A stretch of DNA of 64,000 nt from an uncultured virus (IMG/VR IMGVR_UViG_3300025115_000005) (Duplodnaviria > Heunggongvirae > Uroviricota > Caudoviricetes): the IMG/VR virus record IMGVR_UViG_3300025115_000005. The stretch is one strand, 5' to 3'. Shown here piece after piece: positions 35,701 through 45,522 of the stretch (its first letter is position 1; each line of letters opens with the position of its first letter). Below the pieces are notes generated by a model. It ran no database searches and was not told where the DNA came from. It saw only the letters and a list, made by a program, of their open reading frames with translations. A program made the position numbers and the translations under genes.

Positions 35701-37772
35701 GTGCCTCTGGCAGAAATTTGCCAACCGGTTTCAACCGTATTAACAACTTTGTATAAATCTATTTCCGAAGGATTATTTGTTTTAGTTAATGCTTTTATTG
35801 TTGCTCTTGAAGTATCTCTCCAACCTGTAGGCGTTATCAAGATGGTTCCTGCGGCGGTTTCAAATTTTGCATTACCGGCAACGTCAAATAAATAACTTGG
35901 GTTTGTTAATCCAATACCTACTTTTCCATCTGCTGCTATTCTCATCTTTTCAGTATTATTGGTTTCAAAACTCATATATCCATTTTCTCTATTAATAAAT
36001 AAAGAATTTAAGCTGGATTGGGCTATATTCAAACCGTCCGTTAAATTTGATCCGGTTGCGTTATTTGTGATTTGTAGATAAGTTGTTGCTACATCACTAC
36101 TATGGACGGTTAATTTTGCTGCAGGGCTTGCTGTTCCTATACCAACTAATCCGCTTGAGTTGATATGCATGTATGTAGAATTTCCGGCTTGATTTCTAAA
36201 ATTATGAATTGCTGCATCTACAGCTGCATAGTTTGTTCCGGCCACAAAGTTATCTGTGTGGAGAATTTTAGCCCATGTTTTCCATACGCTATTTTCTTGT
36301 GTACGAAGATACAAGTCTTTAGTTCTCCAGTCACCAGCTAATTGAACTGACCACGAATTACTGAATGACATAGTAAAAAGAGCGTGGTCTGTGCCTGCTG
36401 GCTTACTAGTAGCTCCGGCTGCTAGATAGTCTATACGTGTACCCACGTCGTCAGCACTGTCTGCGTTTGATAAAGATCTATTTGATAAGTAAGTTCCCTT
36501 AGCCCACGAGGGAACATCTGATGCAGGCATACTTGCAGGAAAATCTGTAATGTCTGCAACAAGATGTGTATGTACTGCAGGTGCACCGTTAATTTTAACT
36601 GCATAAACTACTGAACCTTGAGCCGGTGTTGGTAAAGTTGCTACTGCTGCTTGATTTTCAGTATATACGAAATATGGAGCAAATGAAGTTGTTGGTGCAA
36701 ATGAAGTTGTTGCAAATGAACGACCATATCTATTTAAAACATATAACTGAAAGAATTGATTTGCTGATTTTAATTTTATATATAGTCTTAAGATTTTTTG
36801 TGATGTTGTTCTTGAATGGACATAGATTGCTAAATCTTCTGATCCAAAAGTTGTATTACCTTCAATGTCTATACTGTATGTTGGGACTAAAGAATTCCAC
36901 TCAGTAGTATTTGCGTGATAGCCTAAATTAATTTTAATCCTTGCTGTAAAATCTTCTAATGATGATACTGATTTTAATCCATCGTATGATAACTCTTGAA
37001 ACTTAATATCATATTGACCTGAACGACCTCTTAAATAAGAAGCATTGTAATCAAGTACGAAATAACCCATATATACCCATTGATTAGTTTTATCTGTTGT
37101 ATTCGATACTGAGCCACCACCCAACATTCCATAGTTCGAGTAAGCTGTTGATGATGCATATGTTACTGCTCCAGTATTCATTACAAATCCAACCTGAGTT
37201 GTTACTTGTGCAGAACGCACATTTCCAGCTGTTGGATTTGCTGTTAAAGCTCCAGTTGCAAATACCCAGCCAGAATCTATCATAGGTGTTGCTTCAAATG
37301 TTACAGTAATTGTTTTATATTTATATATATCTAAGTATGCATTAGTTGCGTCAAATGAAACTCTTACATATAAGAATACATAACCGTTTTCAGCATTAGT
37401 CCATGCATTAAATGAGTGTGAAGTTTGAGCCCATATAGCTGTTTGTTGAGAACCAGTATTGTCTGAACGATAAGCCATATCTATAAAAACCATTGCTTCT
37501 GACACTGTTCCTAGTGCAGTATATCCTTTTACTTTAAATTGTAATTGTTTCTTAGGACTAGTTAAAGGAAGAGTAGCTAATCTATACCATGCTTCTGTAG
37601 TAGGAGTTGTTGTGGTATAGGTTGTATCTTTAGGTTTTCTTTCTCCTATTGCAGCATAAACTGAAAGGAGCTCAGATGCGAGCCCTTCCACTTCGTCTAT
37701 ATGAGTTGCGGGATATAGTAGATCAAAACCGGTGGCGGTCTTAATCTTTAACTTGACATACTTAGTAGCCAT
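32748..37772 (-). CDS. Long mosaic tail fibre / receptor-binding protein
   Basis: 1674 aa; HTHLVADITD, HLHDDRYYTETEID, LDELAAALGDDPNF, GIGTASP, DVGLGNVEN repeats and knob-like modules. Confidence 0.88.
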   Translation of the reverse strand: MATKYVKLKIKTATGFDLLYPATHIDEVEGLASELLSVYAAIGERKPKDTTYTTTTPTTEAWYRLATLPLTSPKKQLQFKVKGYTALGTVSEAMVFIDMAYRSDNTGSQQTAIWAQTSHSFNAWTNAENGYVFLYVRVSFDATNAYLDIYKYKTITVTFEATPMIDSGWVFATGALTANPTAGNVRSAQVTTQVGFVMNTGAVTYASSTAYSNYGMLGGGSVSNTTDKTNQWVYMGYFVLDYNASYLRGRSGQYDIKFQELSYDGLKSVSSLEDFTARIKINLGYHANTTEWNSLVPTYSIDIEGNTTFGSEDLAIYVHSRTTSQKILRLYIKLKSANQFFQLYVLNRYGRSFATTSFAPTTSFAPYFVYTENQAAVATLPTPAQGSVVYAVKINGAPAVHTHLVADITDFPASMPASDVPSWAKGTYLSNRSLSNADSADDVGTRIDYLAAGATSKPAGTDHALFTMSFSNSWSVQLAGDWRTKDLYLRTQENSVWKTWAKILHTDNFVAGTNYAAVDAAIHNFRNQAGNSTYMHINSSGLVGIGTASPAAKLTVHSSDVATTYLQITNNATGSNLTDGLNIAQSSLNSLFINRENGYMSFETNNTEKMRIAADGKVGIGLTNPSYLFDVAGNAKFETAAGTILITPTGWRDTSRATIKALTKTNNPSEIDLYKVVNTVETGWQISARGTGEGSPLRFYRYNLTAAGAQDTSSYALMASLKADGSFEAVQLYEGTSRVYSVNNPSSLLSVYRSYASALDTTYTPGFYYFDSSSTGTANASTWGWLHVEVNDNINYNLSTNWIRQTLQQTDGKKYYRYRINNGAWTSWYQEWNAQFANIGTGATNYAAGNHLHDDRYYTETEIDSRMFFHSARDFADGTIITTSINYGVSEGDPFLLIIRGNSYGELIPFNVNIQGYIYNNTIINHGGTSSGRLIPTIYALNVGGNLTFWFARQAYWQGFDVYCISALSGKQVNKVTSISNGVKPTGTKEVNLSVNLRQTIFDNDARLTDARTPVSSYIGSTNINQLASIVNLGNATQQWIITNSATEYSIASGTGTGTVQFKVNNSGDFYATRTGYIAGDLTVGGTARAAHTFVRALSADGYNAGFEAYGNSQGTGYLYVGQSTTFGGGIFYNGDGTPVFATGEIADYIAFYRMNAGAKEVVFHYPHNSNVVTFRAAPIGVTVAAGTSDTQLATTAFVMTAIGNLIASSPDLLNTLDELAAALGDDPNFSTTVMIEIGTKVPQTRTVNSKALSANITLTAADVGALSTSHDAAAVTAAKIANWDNAYSGRLQWDGGSTNLVAATGRTSLGLGNVENIAVSTWTGSINLNQAATSLNLGNSTQQWIIRNTSTEFIIASGTGDGTQRFKVDTSGNGYIGTNLIYHAGNKPSATDVGLGNVPNTDATNPANISQNASYRFVTDTEKSTWNGKEAAISAGTSAQYWRGDKTWQTLNKAAVGLSNVENTALSTWAGSTSLATVGNTLNLGSAAQQWLLNNNATEFIISSGAAGSETVRFKVNTSGQGYIGTNLIYHAGNKPTATDVGLGNVENAAQVRTDSTTQTVAGNKTFTGQVQFTPTTLGTTGTINIDFAGANYRTMAALTGNITFTASNYAAGRTITIRIINGATLRTLTFPSGWVFMGTKPANIAASKRGILTLTSFSTTEAEVIAVWAVQA

Positions 37773-37788
37773 CGGTTCACCTCCCTAC

Positions 37789-38952
37789 TTATTCTTCAAA
37801 GAAAATATCGTTTTCGTCTGCAGGGTAAAGAGGCAAGCTTGTATTGTTAGCTGTAGCATTTAGTGCATATCTTAAATGATTAAGCGATGGCCACCAATAT
37901 AATCGAGCTTGAGTAAATCCTCCTGCAGGATAGTTAGACAATGCTCCACGATATGTCCAGGTATTGTTTGGTGAGCCTGCTGCTGTCATTTCATATATTC
38001 TAGTGTTGTCAGCAACAACTACATATTCTCCAACATTTCCTGAGATAGGCGATGCAACATCCCCTGAAGTATGGTTTAATCCTGTGGGGATGACACGTTC
38101 AACTTTTGTTGTAGCTCCTGCACCAAAGTCATAGATATCAACAAGCTCAATATTTTTAAGAACTCCTCTTAGGATTGCTTCAGTTACAACTTTGGTATTA
38201 CCTCCGCCTGTGTCTAGATCAGATCGTTTTGTTTTTCCTGCAGCACTAGCTAATTGTACAATACCTGTTTTAGATGTGGATGCAGCATCATGTTGATTAC
38301 TTACCAAAGCAAAGCTATAAGATACTGGCGATGCTTCATATCCAACGAGGATAATCCAGTCACCATTTTCTAGATAAGGGTTAGTAGTTTCTCCATCATC
38401 AGCACCAAGTAAAGTTGTATAAGGTTCAACACCACTAGTAGAAATTCTACCTGGTGTATTAACAATAAGGTAGTTACCTATGTCAAGATCCGGTGTAGCT
38501 TCTGTAGTAAGATAATTAAATATAGTTAACAGAGGAATGGCAGTTTCACCAGTAAGATTCACTGCAGATATAAACTTCATGTGCCCTTTAGTCCAGGATG
38601 GCCAGTATTGTGCTGGAATTTTTCCGTTAACTAGAGGGACTTTTTTATCTAACATTTGTTGAAGACTGTCTTCTTCAGCAGACTCTGGGCCGAAGTCTGC
38701 AATGATATGTGCATGTTCTTCAGGAGAAGCTCCTATAAATGCGGGATCATTCCCGTAAGTAATGTTACCGCTTGAGTCAATCTTAAAATACTTTGGAGTT
38801 GTTGAAGGTAAAGCTAATCCTAAAAAATTCTCTGCTTGAGCTGAGATATCTACTCCTTCAGAAGATCTGATTTGTTCTTTCTTTGTTTCTGGATATAGTA
38901 TATCTAACCCAGCAGATGTACGTCTACGTATTTTAATATTCTTTGAGGCCAT
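37789..38952 (-). CDS. Tail fibre/spike protein (paralog of 38964-39788)
   Basis: LYPET N-terminal module, GDW, GIVQLAS, KVVTEAILRGVLKNI. Confidence 0.7.
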   Translation of the reverse strand: MASKNIKIRRRTSAGLDILYPETKKEQIRSSEGVDISAQAENFLGLALPSTTPKYFKIDSSGNITYGNDPAFIGASPEEHAHIIADFGPESAEEDSLQQMLDKKVPLVNGKIPAQYWPSWTKGHMKFISAVNLTGETAIPLLTIFNYLTTEATPDLDIGNYLIVNTPGRISTSGVEPYTTLLGADDGETTNPYLENGDWIILVGYEASPVSYSFALVSNQHDAASTSKTGIVQLASAAGKTKRSDLDTGGGNTKVVTEAILRGVLKNIELVDIYDFGAGATTKVERVIPTGLNHTSGDVASPISGNVGEYVVVADNTRIYEMTAAGSPNNTWTYRGALSNYPAGGFTQARLYWWPSLNHLRYALNATANNTSLPLYPADENDIFFEE

Positions 38953-38963
38953 GATATACCTCC

Positions 38964-39788
38964 TTAGTATTCAAATAACAAGTCACCATTAAGTGCAGTA
39001 GAAGCTGCTGCTTCTGTGTCTGCATAATAAATGTCTTTCATGACTTGACGTAAGATTTTTTCATCTACAACTTTTTCAGCATTAACGCTTGAATCTAATG
39101 CTGCTCTTGTAGTTCCTGCATTATTGCTTAAACGAACGATACCAAAGTTAGCAGTGTCAGCTTTAGCATAAGTATTATTAACTACAGTGAACTTAAATGT
39201 TGAAGCTTCATAAAGCTTAAATACTAACCAGTCACCAACTTCAAGAGTGATAGGCGATGTTGAATCTCCCTCATCTCCTGGAGCATCCACTGATACACCA
39301 GCACCTAATGTAATCGTACAGCCTGATGCATGTGTAATAATAAAGTATACACCACGCTCAGTTGCTGCTGAGACTGAAGTGATTCCTTTGGAAATTAACC
39401 AAGTAGAATCAATTGTTAATGTAGTTGTTGAAATACTTTCTTTAAACTTTAAGCCACCTGTTGCATAAGAAGGAACTTGTGAAGATAAGATAACACCTCC
39501 ATTAAGGTCAGCTTTAGCGGCTAATACTGCAGCTAAATCTGTAATGTCTCCTGTGTCATGAGCATGTCCTGCAGCTGCTGCTCCTAAATCAGATAACATC
39601 TGAGCAGATGTTCGGTAGTTAATTGAACCATCTGTACCTACTTGAATAAAGCTTGTTACACCTGGGTTTGCTTTCTTAAGTAAGTTTTTACCTACAGTAG
39701 TTGCGTCAGTGATTTGATCTACAATTGTTTCTGGAAATAATTGTTGCCATACACCAGCAACTTTTAACTTCATTTTAATATTAGGCAT
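38964..39788 (-). CDS. Tail fibre/spike protein
   Basis: LFPET module, HAHDTGDITDL, GDW, GIVRLS, KVVDEKILRQVMKDI. Confidence 0.7.
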   Translation of the reverse strand: MPNIKMKLKVAGVWQQLFPETIVDQITDATTVGKNLLKKANPGVTSFIQVGTDGSINYRTSAQMLSDLGAAAAGHAHDTGDITDLAAVLAAKADLNGGVILSSQVPSYATGGLKFKESISTTTLTIDSTWLISKGITSVSAATERGVYFIITHASGCTITLGAGVSVDAPGDEGDSTSPITLEVGDWLVFKLYEASTFKFTVVNNTYAKADTANFGIVRLSNNAGTTRAALDSSVNAEKVVDEKILRQVMKDIYYADTEAAASTALNGDLLFEY

Positions 39789-39791
39789 AGG

Positions 39792-40199
39792 TTATTCCTC
39801 CTTAACATAAACAGATTTAATTCTGTTAACTAGTTTTTTAGTAGTCTGAAGCATGAATTCATTGATCTCCATGACATCGTTTAATGTTTCAGTAATATCT
39901 ACATTACCTTGGTTAGAAAACTCTAACTCCGTAGCAATCGCTACTTGTTGCTGACTAAGTTGGGCAATCTTTAGGTTGCTTACATCTGCAACTTCTTGTG
40001 CTTTATGAACAACTTTTTGTTCAGCAGCTGATAGTTGTTGAGATAAATCTGCAATGTGCTGATCTTTTTCACGAGTACCTTTTAGGAATAACCCATGCTC
40101 TCTCTTAATTTTTTCATAGTCTGATTGACTGGCAAGTGTAATATCTCGTTGCTTTATCAGTTCAATAAGTTCTTCTTTTTTTAATTTACTATAATCCAT
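39792..40199 (-). CDS. Coiled-coil hypothetical protein
   Basis: MDYSKLKKEELIELIK N-terminus; heptad-rich. Confidence 0.7.
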   Translation of the reverse strand: MDYSKLKKEELIELIKQRDITLASQSDYEKIKREHGLFLKGTREKDQHIADLSQQLSAAEQKVVHKAQEVADVSNLKIAQLSQQQVAIATELEFSNQGNVDITETLNDVMEINEFMLQTTKKLVNRIKSVYVKEE

Positions 40200-40521
40200 T
40201 GTTATTCTCCTTTTCTAATTCATACCATATAGATATGTCTGAGTTTGTAGGTTCTTCTTCTGATACTTGAATCACACTAAAGATTCCTAGTTGAATATTA
40301 TTAATGATCTGCATCATACCAGTCATTTCATCTTTAGTAAAGAACTGATCATTAACAAAAGGTGTTTTAGTGTAGGTACTACCTATACCTATTTTAAATT
40401 TAATGCTACCATCAGGAAATACAGAGGAGATAATTTCTCCAGGCATGATTACTGGGTTGATATGTTTCCATCTATCCTCAAGGTCTACACGATTAAGAAC
40501 TCTTAGGATTTTTTCAGCCAT
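40189..40521 (-). CDS. Small tail protein with a hyaluronidase / major-tropism-determinant N-terminal-like domain
   Basis: WKHINPVIMPGEI...KFKIGIG...TPF resembles the W..NPVL..GE...KIGDG...LPY fibre N-terminal module. Confidence 0.6.
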   Translation of the reverse strand: MAEKILRVLNRVDLEDRWKHINPVIMPGEIISSVFPDGSIKFKIGIGSTYTKTPFVNDQFFTKDEMTGMMQIINNIQLGIFSVIQVSEEEPTNSDISIWYELEKENNNGL

Positions 40522-40531
40522 GACTTATCAC

Positions 40532-42952
40532 CTACTTATAATCTTCATCAGCACCTCCAGCGTTAATAATTGTGATTTGATCTTCTTCAACTTTATTAAC
40601 TTGGGGCATGAACGATTCTTTTGTAATCAGAATAGGTTCTCCTACCCTGATAATTTTTCTATACTGATCTGCTTGTGTGCTATCAGGTGTGTTGACTGCA
40701 GCATAATTATAAGTTAATGAACCCATAGCGAAGTCTGATTTACTATTGATATAGATTAAAGTATCAATGAGTAATGCAGGGAACTTATGCTTTGGATTAA
40801 TAACTTTGGATTCAATCACAGAGCTACCTAGTCTAGCTTTAGTAATGTTCTGTCCTTCGAAGAATGCTTTATCGTCAAGGACTTGTGCACTAAGCAGTAG
40901 ATATCCCGCTTCATTGTAGCATCTGATGGTAAAGTTTAATGCTTCTTTAAATCCTCTTTGATAATAGATGATCATGCTTGTAAGATACTTTGTGAACTTA
41001 GGATAGTTTAAGTCAACTGCCTTAAGTCTAATGAATGATTCAAACTCATTCCCTAAGTCATCATAGACTTGTTCATTGTATTGAACTAAAAGGTTTTGAT
41101 ATAAGTGTGTGCTTACGCCAGCAATTTGAAGAATAAATCCTGTATTAAAGTATCTGGATTTATCCATTAACCATGGAAAGAATACTTGATTTCCTTCGTA
41201 GTATCCATTCTTAAAGTACATCTTCATACGTATGCCTGGTCTAACAATGATTTCTTCATCATCAACGAAGTCTCTAATTTCATCCCAGATTAGTGCATAG
41301 TAATCTTGAGTAATCTCGGATACACAATTAGTATCTTCCCATGGGATGTTAACATCTTGTGTCTTGTTCTTTAACTTAGTATTAACTGTTTGAATTGAAA
41401 TGATTTCATTATTTAATTCAGATCCTTCAATCATGTATACACTATCTTGATACTTAAATAGTATCACGTTCTCTGCAACTTGTACAGTATCTCCGTTATC
41501 TGTAGTAATACTATGATGAACTACCTTTCGATAATAAGGTGAATAAGAACCTGATCCATCATTATAGTCTTCGCCATCCCCCAATACGATGGAGATATTT
41601 CCGCCTGAGTATTGACTAAATGAAAAGCATACTAAGATACCTTTGAATTGAATAACTTTAAGAAGCTCCTCGTTTTTATTTGTTTTAAAATTTAATCCCC
41701 CACGATATGTAATATATCCGGGATTATCAATAACAGTCTTGAACCAATCTCCACTATTGTATGCATCACTATAAAGTAAAAACTTATTACCATCACTAAT
41801 AATTTTTGTGCATGAATGTATAGTTCTCCATGTTGCTTTCTGATCTGTATTAATCATTAAAGGTGTAGTAGATCCTGCAGATCCGAACCATGCTCCGGTA
41901 ATCTTATCGATTGCCCAGTCAATGTAAGATTCTGTATCAGATATCTCAACTGTTTCTGGTTCAGCTTTAAAAGCTTCGGCGAATGTGCATCGCACTTGTT
42001 TACCTTCAAGCTCTGCTGTTGTCATGGTAATAGACTGTCTACCTCTTGAGATAAAGTTAACTCCATCGTGCCCAGCTCCAAAGATAATAGGATTGTCTGG
42101 CCAACCCACAGGTTTAACAACACCGCTTTCTACAGTTTCCCATTTAAAGTGGTAGTCATTAGCGGATTTACCTGCAGCATAAGTCATGACAGCTTCGAGC
42201 AAGAACTCTCCTGTGTCTTGACCTAACTCATTAAGTATCTGAGTTACTTTAATAAAATGTATTTGAGTTTTAACAGCATCAGTTTCTGTAGTATTAACAT
42301 GATATTCAGGATATGCAGCTAATAGATTCATACCTATGTTTTGATATTCAATTCCATTAGGTGCATAGGGTTGAACGATACTTGCTTTAAGTTTACCTGC
42401 TTCGAGATAAACTTCAATGAATCGAGTACCTGTTGTAAAGTATATTTTGTCTTTATAAGACACAGCTTCGATCTTTCTTTGGTTCTGAAAGATAAGATAG
42501 TCAATGTCTCCATCTTGATAGATATAACCTGTATGATCGATCTGATCAATTAAACTATCATACGTAGGTAAGCCTAGGTATCTTACGATATCTTGAAATG
42601 GTTCATCATAAACAATCTTAAGTTCTCTTAAGGTTATTTTTGATTTAGGATAGTAAAGACTATAATATAGTTTACCGTCGGCTGCTATAAAAATATAAGG
42701 CTTACCTAATGTAAAAAGGAAGACACCTTGAACTTTTTGAATGTCTTCTCCATATATCATCTCTAATAATTTTGTAGCACCTAGACGCTTTTTGGGCGTA
42801 CGGTTAAAGTAATCTACATTAACTGCGTTACGTAATTCGTTAGGGAGTAAGCCTTCATTCGACGGGTTTGTATTGATACCACCATCGAACTGATTGTAAG
42901 TTACAGGCTCGTTATAAATATATAGCGGATATGTTTTTACTTGAGCAGGCAT
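40532..42952 (-). CDS. Probable tail nozzle / tail tubular protein B
   Basis: 806 aa, beta-rich; N-terminal FDGGINT...ELRNAVNV...KRLG typical of podovirus nozzle/stabilisation proteins; follows the adaptor gene. Confidence 0.65.
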   Translation of the reverse strand: MPAQVKTYPLYIYNEPVTYNQFDGGINTNPSNEGLLPNELRNAVNVDYFNRTPKKRLGATKLLEMIYGEDIQKVQGVFLFTLGKPYIFIAADGKLYYSLYYPKSKITLRELKIVYDEPFQDIVRYLGLPTYDSLIDQIDHTGYIYQDGDIDYLIFQNQRKIEAVSYKDKIYFTTGTRFIEVYLEAGKLKASIVQPYAPNGIEYQNIGMNLLAAYPEYHVNTTETDAVKTQIHFIKVTQILNELGQDTGEFLLEAVMTYAAGKSANDYHFKWETVESGVVKPVGWPDNPIIFGAGHDGVNFISRGRQSITMTTAELEGKQVRCTFAEAFKAEPETVEISDTESYIDWAIDKITGAWFGSAGSTTPLMINTDQKATWRTIHSCTKIISDGNKFLLYSDAYNSGDWFKTVIDNPGYITYRGGLNFKTNKNEELLKVIQFKGILVCFSFSQYSGGNISIVLGDGEDYNDGSGSYSPYYRKVVHHSITTDNGDTVQVAENVILFKYQDSVYMIEGSELNNEIISIQTVNTKLKNKTQDVNIPWEDTNCVSEITQDYYALIWDEIRDFVDDEEIIVRPGIRMKMYFKNGYYEGNQVFFPWLMDKSRYFNTGFILQIAGVSTHLYQNLLVQYNEQVYDDLGNEFESFIRLKAVDLNYPKFTKYLTSMIIYYQRGFKEALNFTIRCYNEAGYLLLSAQVLDDKAFFEGQNITKARLGSSVIESKVINPKHKFPALLIDTLIYINSKSDFAMGSLTYNYAAVNTPDSTQADQYRKIIRVGEPILITKESFMPQVNKVEEDQITIINAGGADEDYK

Positions 42953-43644
42953 TATTCCACCACCACCTGATCGTCTTCATCATCAAAATTATCTTCCTCT
43001 GATAGTTCGTGGAGGATATCTTCGACGTAATATTTATATTGATTGAGGTGGAACTGCATACGTTCTGTATCTTTAAGCTCACGAGCATAAAAGAAGTAAC
43101 ATGCGTATAGCACGAGAGCATCCTCAAATTCTTTTCTGATGTTAATGTTGACTGCACTTAAATCTCCTGTGGCAGCTAGTTCACTAGCAATCAATGTAGG
43201 TGTAACAAGTCGTTTGTAAATACCTAAGACAATTTTGCTAGGAGTTCTGTCTCCAAGCCATTCAATTAAAAGATTAGATCCTTTGGTGTAATAGATAGCT
43301 CGTTTACCTAGAGCCCATAGATTACTGACAAAGATCCCCTCTTTAACAATTGACTCTAATAACTTATTTCCTATAGGAATTCTTGAAGCGATGGCCGCAT
43401 CTGTTTCAAAATAAATTCTACAGTAGTTTATTTTACGAATAGAATCAGGGAGTTTAATAGCAATAAAATTCTGATTGATGACTGTAATATCACTGTCTTC
43501 AAAAGAAAGTTCTTCAAACTCTCTATATCCTCTACTAGTTAAGTCAGCAAAACAATTAGCTATTGCTGCATTGATTGCTTCTGCTGTAAGTACTTCAAGC
43601 CCTGTAGTTTCTGTAACACGTGTATATAGTTCTGATAGTTTCAT
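42952..43644 (-). CDS. Probable head-tail adaptor / tail tubular protein A
   Basis: MKLSELYTRV...AINAAI...FEDALVLYACY pattern; position between capsid and nozzle genes. Confidence 0.6.
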   Translation of the reverse strand: MKLSELYTRVTETTGLEVLTAEAINAAIANCFADLTSRGYREFEELSFEDSDITVINQNFIAIKLPDSIRKINYCRIYFETDAAIASRIPIGNKLLESIVKEGIFVSNLWALGKRAIYYTKGSNLLIEWLGDRTPSKIVLGIYKRLVTPTLIASELAATGDLSAVNINIRKEFEDALVLYACYFFYARELKDTERMQFHLNQYKYYVEDILHELSEEDNFDDEDDQVVVE

Positions 43645-44012
43645 AAGCGTCTCCCTAGTCCACGTTCAACCGCACGTAGTTTGGATGATACGTTATATTT
43701 TTGAACGAGTTCTTCATGCTGATCCCACATATGCTCTTGTTCTCTTCGTTGTTCCCTGAAAAGTTCTTCATTTGCAGGTAGGTTCGTAGCACGAATATCT
43801 TTAATTAAATAACCGTTAAGGTACTCATCAGGTATCATTCCATTAGAGGATTGCAGATTACCCTCATATGAATACTCAGAATGAATCTCGTAGTTACCTG
43901 TAAGCGTATTGAAAACAACCACCATATCACCGTGGGTTTCTTCTTGTATACGATTATGAATATTAAATAAGTTAACTGGCTTTAGCCATGGTTGATGTCG
44001 TAATGTTTTCAT
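43641..44012 (-). CDS. Hypothetical protein
   Basis: 123-aa ORF downstream of the capsid gene. Confidence 0.7.
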   Translation of the reverse strand: MKTLRHQPWLKPVNLFNIHNRIQEETHGDMVVVFNTLTGNYEIHSEYSYEGNLQSSNGMIPDEYLNGYLIKDIRATNLPANEELFREQRREQEHMWDQHEELVQKYNVSSKLRAVERGLGRRL

Positions 44013-44026
44013 AGTTGTTAATTGAG

Positions 44027-44060
44027 ATAAACCCCCATAAGGATGTGGCTTACGGGGGTG
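44027..44060 (-). terminator. Hairpin after the major capsid gene (probable leaky terminator or mRNA stabiliser)
   Basis: ACCCCCGTAAG-CCACATC-CTTATGGGGGT with only a short U-tail. Confidence 0.65.
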
Positions 44061-44077
44061 TTAGTCTCTTAGATTAC

Positions 44078-45496
44078 TTAAGGTGTTACATCTTCTGCAA
44101 CATTAACAAATGCTGCATGAGATTTCCAAGTTTCGATGTACATGTCAGCGTACTTAGTCATGATTGCCTCATAGATTTCAGTACCGTCACGTCTTTCAAG
44201 AATACCTTCACGACCTGAAGTTAACCAGCCAAATTCTTTGCGGAGTAACTCACCGACTGCACCAGTGTCTAACATGTAGACAGTGTTGTCGTGAGCATAC
44301 TTGTCTTTGTACAATTGATAATTGTCAAATTGAATAACAGGTTTACCAAGGTTGAACCCCTTAGTTGGATCCTGGTTGATTTCATATGACTTGAATTGTA
44401 GCAAGGATTTTTCAACAGCAGAGATGACTCTGTGTGGAGCACAGACTAAACCGATCTTACGATCTTCTGGCATCGTAAGCTCAAGGTGGTCAGCCATGTC
44501 ACGAAGAATTTCTTCAGTAAGGATTTCATTGCTGAGGTCTTTCTTAGGGTTCTTAAGTTGAACATAGATTGAACGATCAACACCGAAAATCTTAGTGCTA
44601 TTGTCAATAAGGATGTCATGAAGACCATGGTATTCTTGAGCAACTGTACCAGTAGTTCCTGGCATAATTTGTGCAGCAAAGACTTCAACGCCAGCTTCAA
44701 TGACATTAATGACTGCATCGTTGTAGCCAGTCAGTTGAACGATGAAAGTTTTGCTGTTTAATGTTGAAGTGTCTTCTTGCCAAATTCTACCTGTAGCATA
44801 AGGAATTTGAGCACCAGTTGTAACGGCTTCAATTTGATGAGTAGCATCTTTGCTCTTAAGCATGATGCCCATACCTGGTAACAATAAGTATTGGTTACTC
44901 ATTGTAATCTTCCATAAGCCAGTAAGTTCTTTCGAACCAACTTGAACAGCTGGATGAGTTACACCAGGAGCAGTATCACCATCTGAACCAGTGGTGTTGA
45001 ATTTTGTCGCAGTCTTAATAACAGCAACTAAACCTGTATGTGAACCATAAGTCCAACGAGATTGAGTATGCTTTAAGCCTACGTTCATACGATCAAGGGT
45101 ATCCTTTAATGTATCGTATAATGATCCATCAGTAGTACCTTTCATAATGGTTTCATCAGTGATGGAGAATACACCAATCATCTTGGTTGTATCAAACTCA
45201 GCATCAACCTTGTCGCCACCCTTAATGAAATCACCAAGACCGATTTGGTACATGTCGGATGCAATGCCTAATCCGCCAAGACCACGAACGTTGTCGGTAA
45301 TACCAAGAGCGAAACTCTTGTATTTCTTTTTACCAGTGATGGTATCTTTTGCTAATCTGTTGATCAATGCTTCACGTTGATTGAATTCATTGATTAACCC
45401 TGGAGTGTATTCAAGCTTAAGGAAGTCTTGAATCGCTGATTTGGCGTCTACGGACGCTTCTTGTAAGCCTGCATATCCTGTTAATTCTGTAGCCAT
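44078..45496 (-). CDS. Major capsid protein
   Basis: 472 aa, follows portal and scaffold, AGGAGG RBS, downstream hairpin; LKLEY..., GLHDIL..IFGVDRS and C-terminal SHA patterns typical of HK97-fold capsids. Confidence 0.78.
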   Translation of the reverse strand: MATELTGYAGLQEASVDAKSAIQDFLKLEYTPGLINEFNQREALINRLAKDTITGKKKYKSFALGITDNVRGLGGLGIASDMYQIGLGDFIKGGDKVDAEFDTTKMIGVFSITDETIMKGTTDGSLYDTLKDTLDRMNVGLKHTQSRWTYGSHTGLVAVIKTATKFNTTGSDGDTAPGVTHPAVQVGSKELTGLWKITMSNQYLLLPGMGIMLKSKDATHQIEAVTTGAQIPYATGRIWQEDTSTLNSKTFIVQLTGYNDAVINVIEAGVEVFAAQIMPGTTGTVAQEYHGLHDILIDNSTKIFGVDRSIYVQLKNPKKDLSNEILTEEILRDMADHLELTMPEDRKIGLVCAPHRVISAVEKSLLQFKSYEINQDPTKGFNLGKPVIQFDNYQLYKDKYAHDNTVYMLDTGAVGELLRKEFGWLTSGREGILERRDGTEIYEAIMTKYADMYIETWKSHAAFVNVAEDVTP

Positions 45497-45522
45497 GATT
45501 GTGGCCTCCTTATTTTAGAGTT

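Noticed and set aside
32056..37772. Diversity-generating retroelement acting on the tail fibre
   Set aside because: No reverse transcriptase in the window; the fibre repeats differ at all base types rather than only at adenines, and both copies are in-frame coding.
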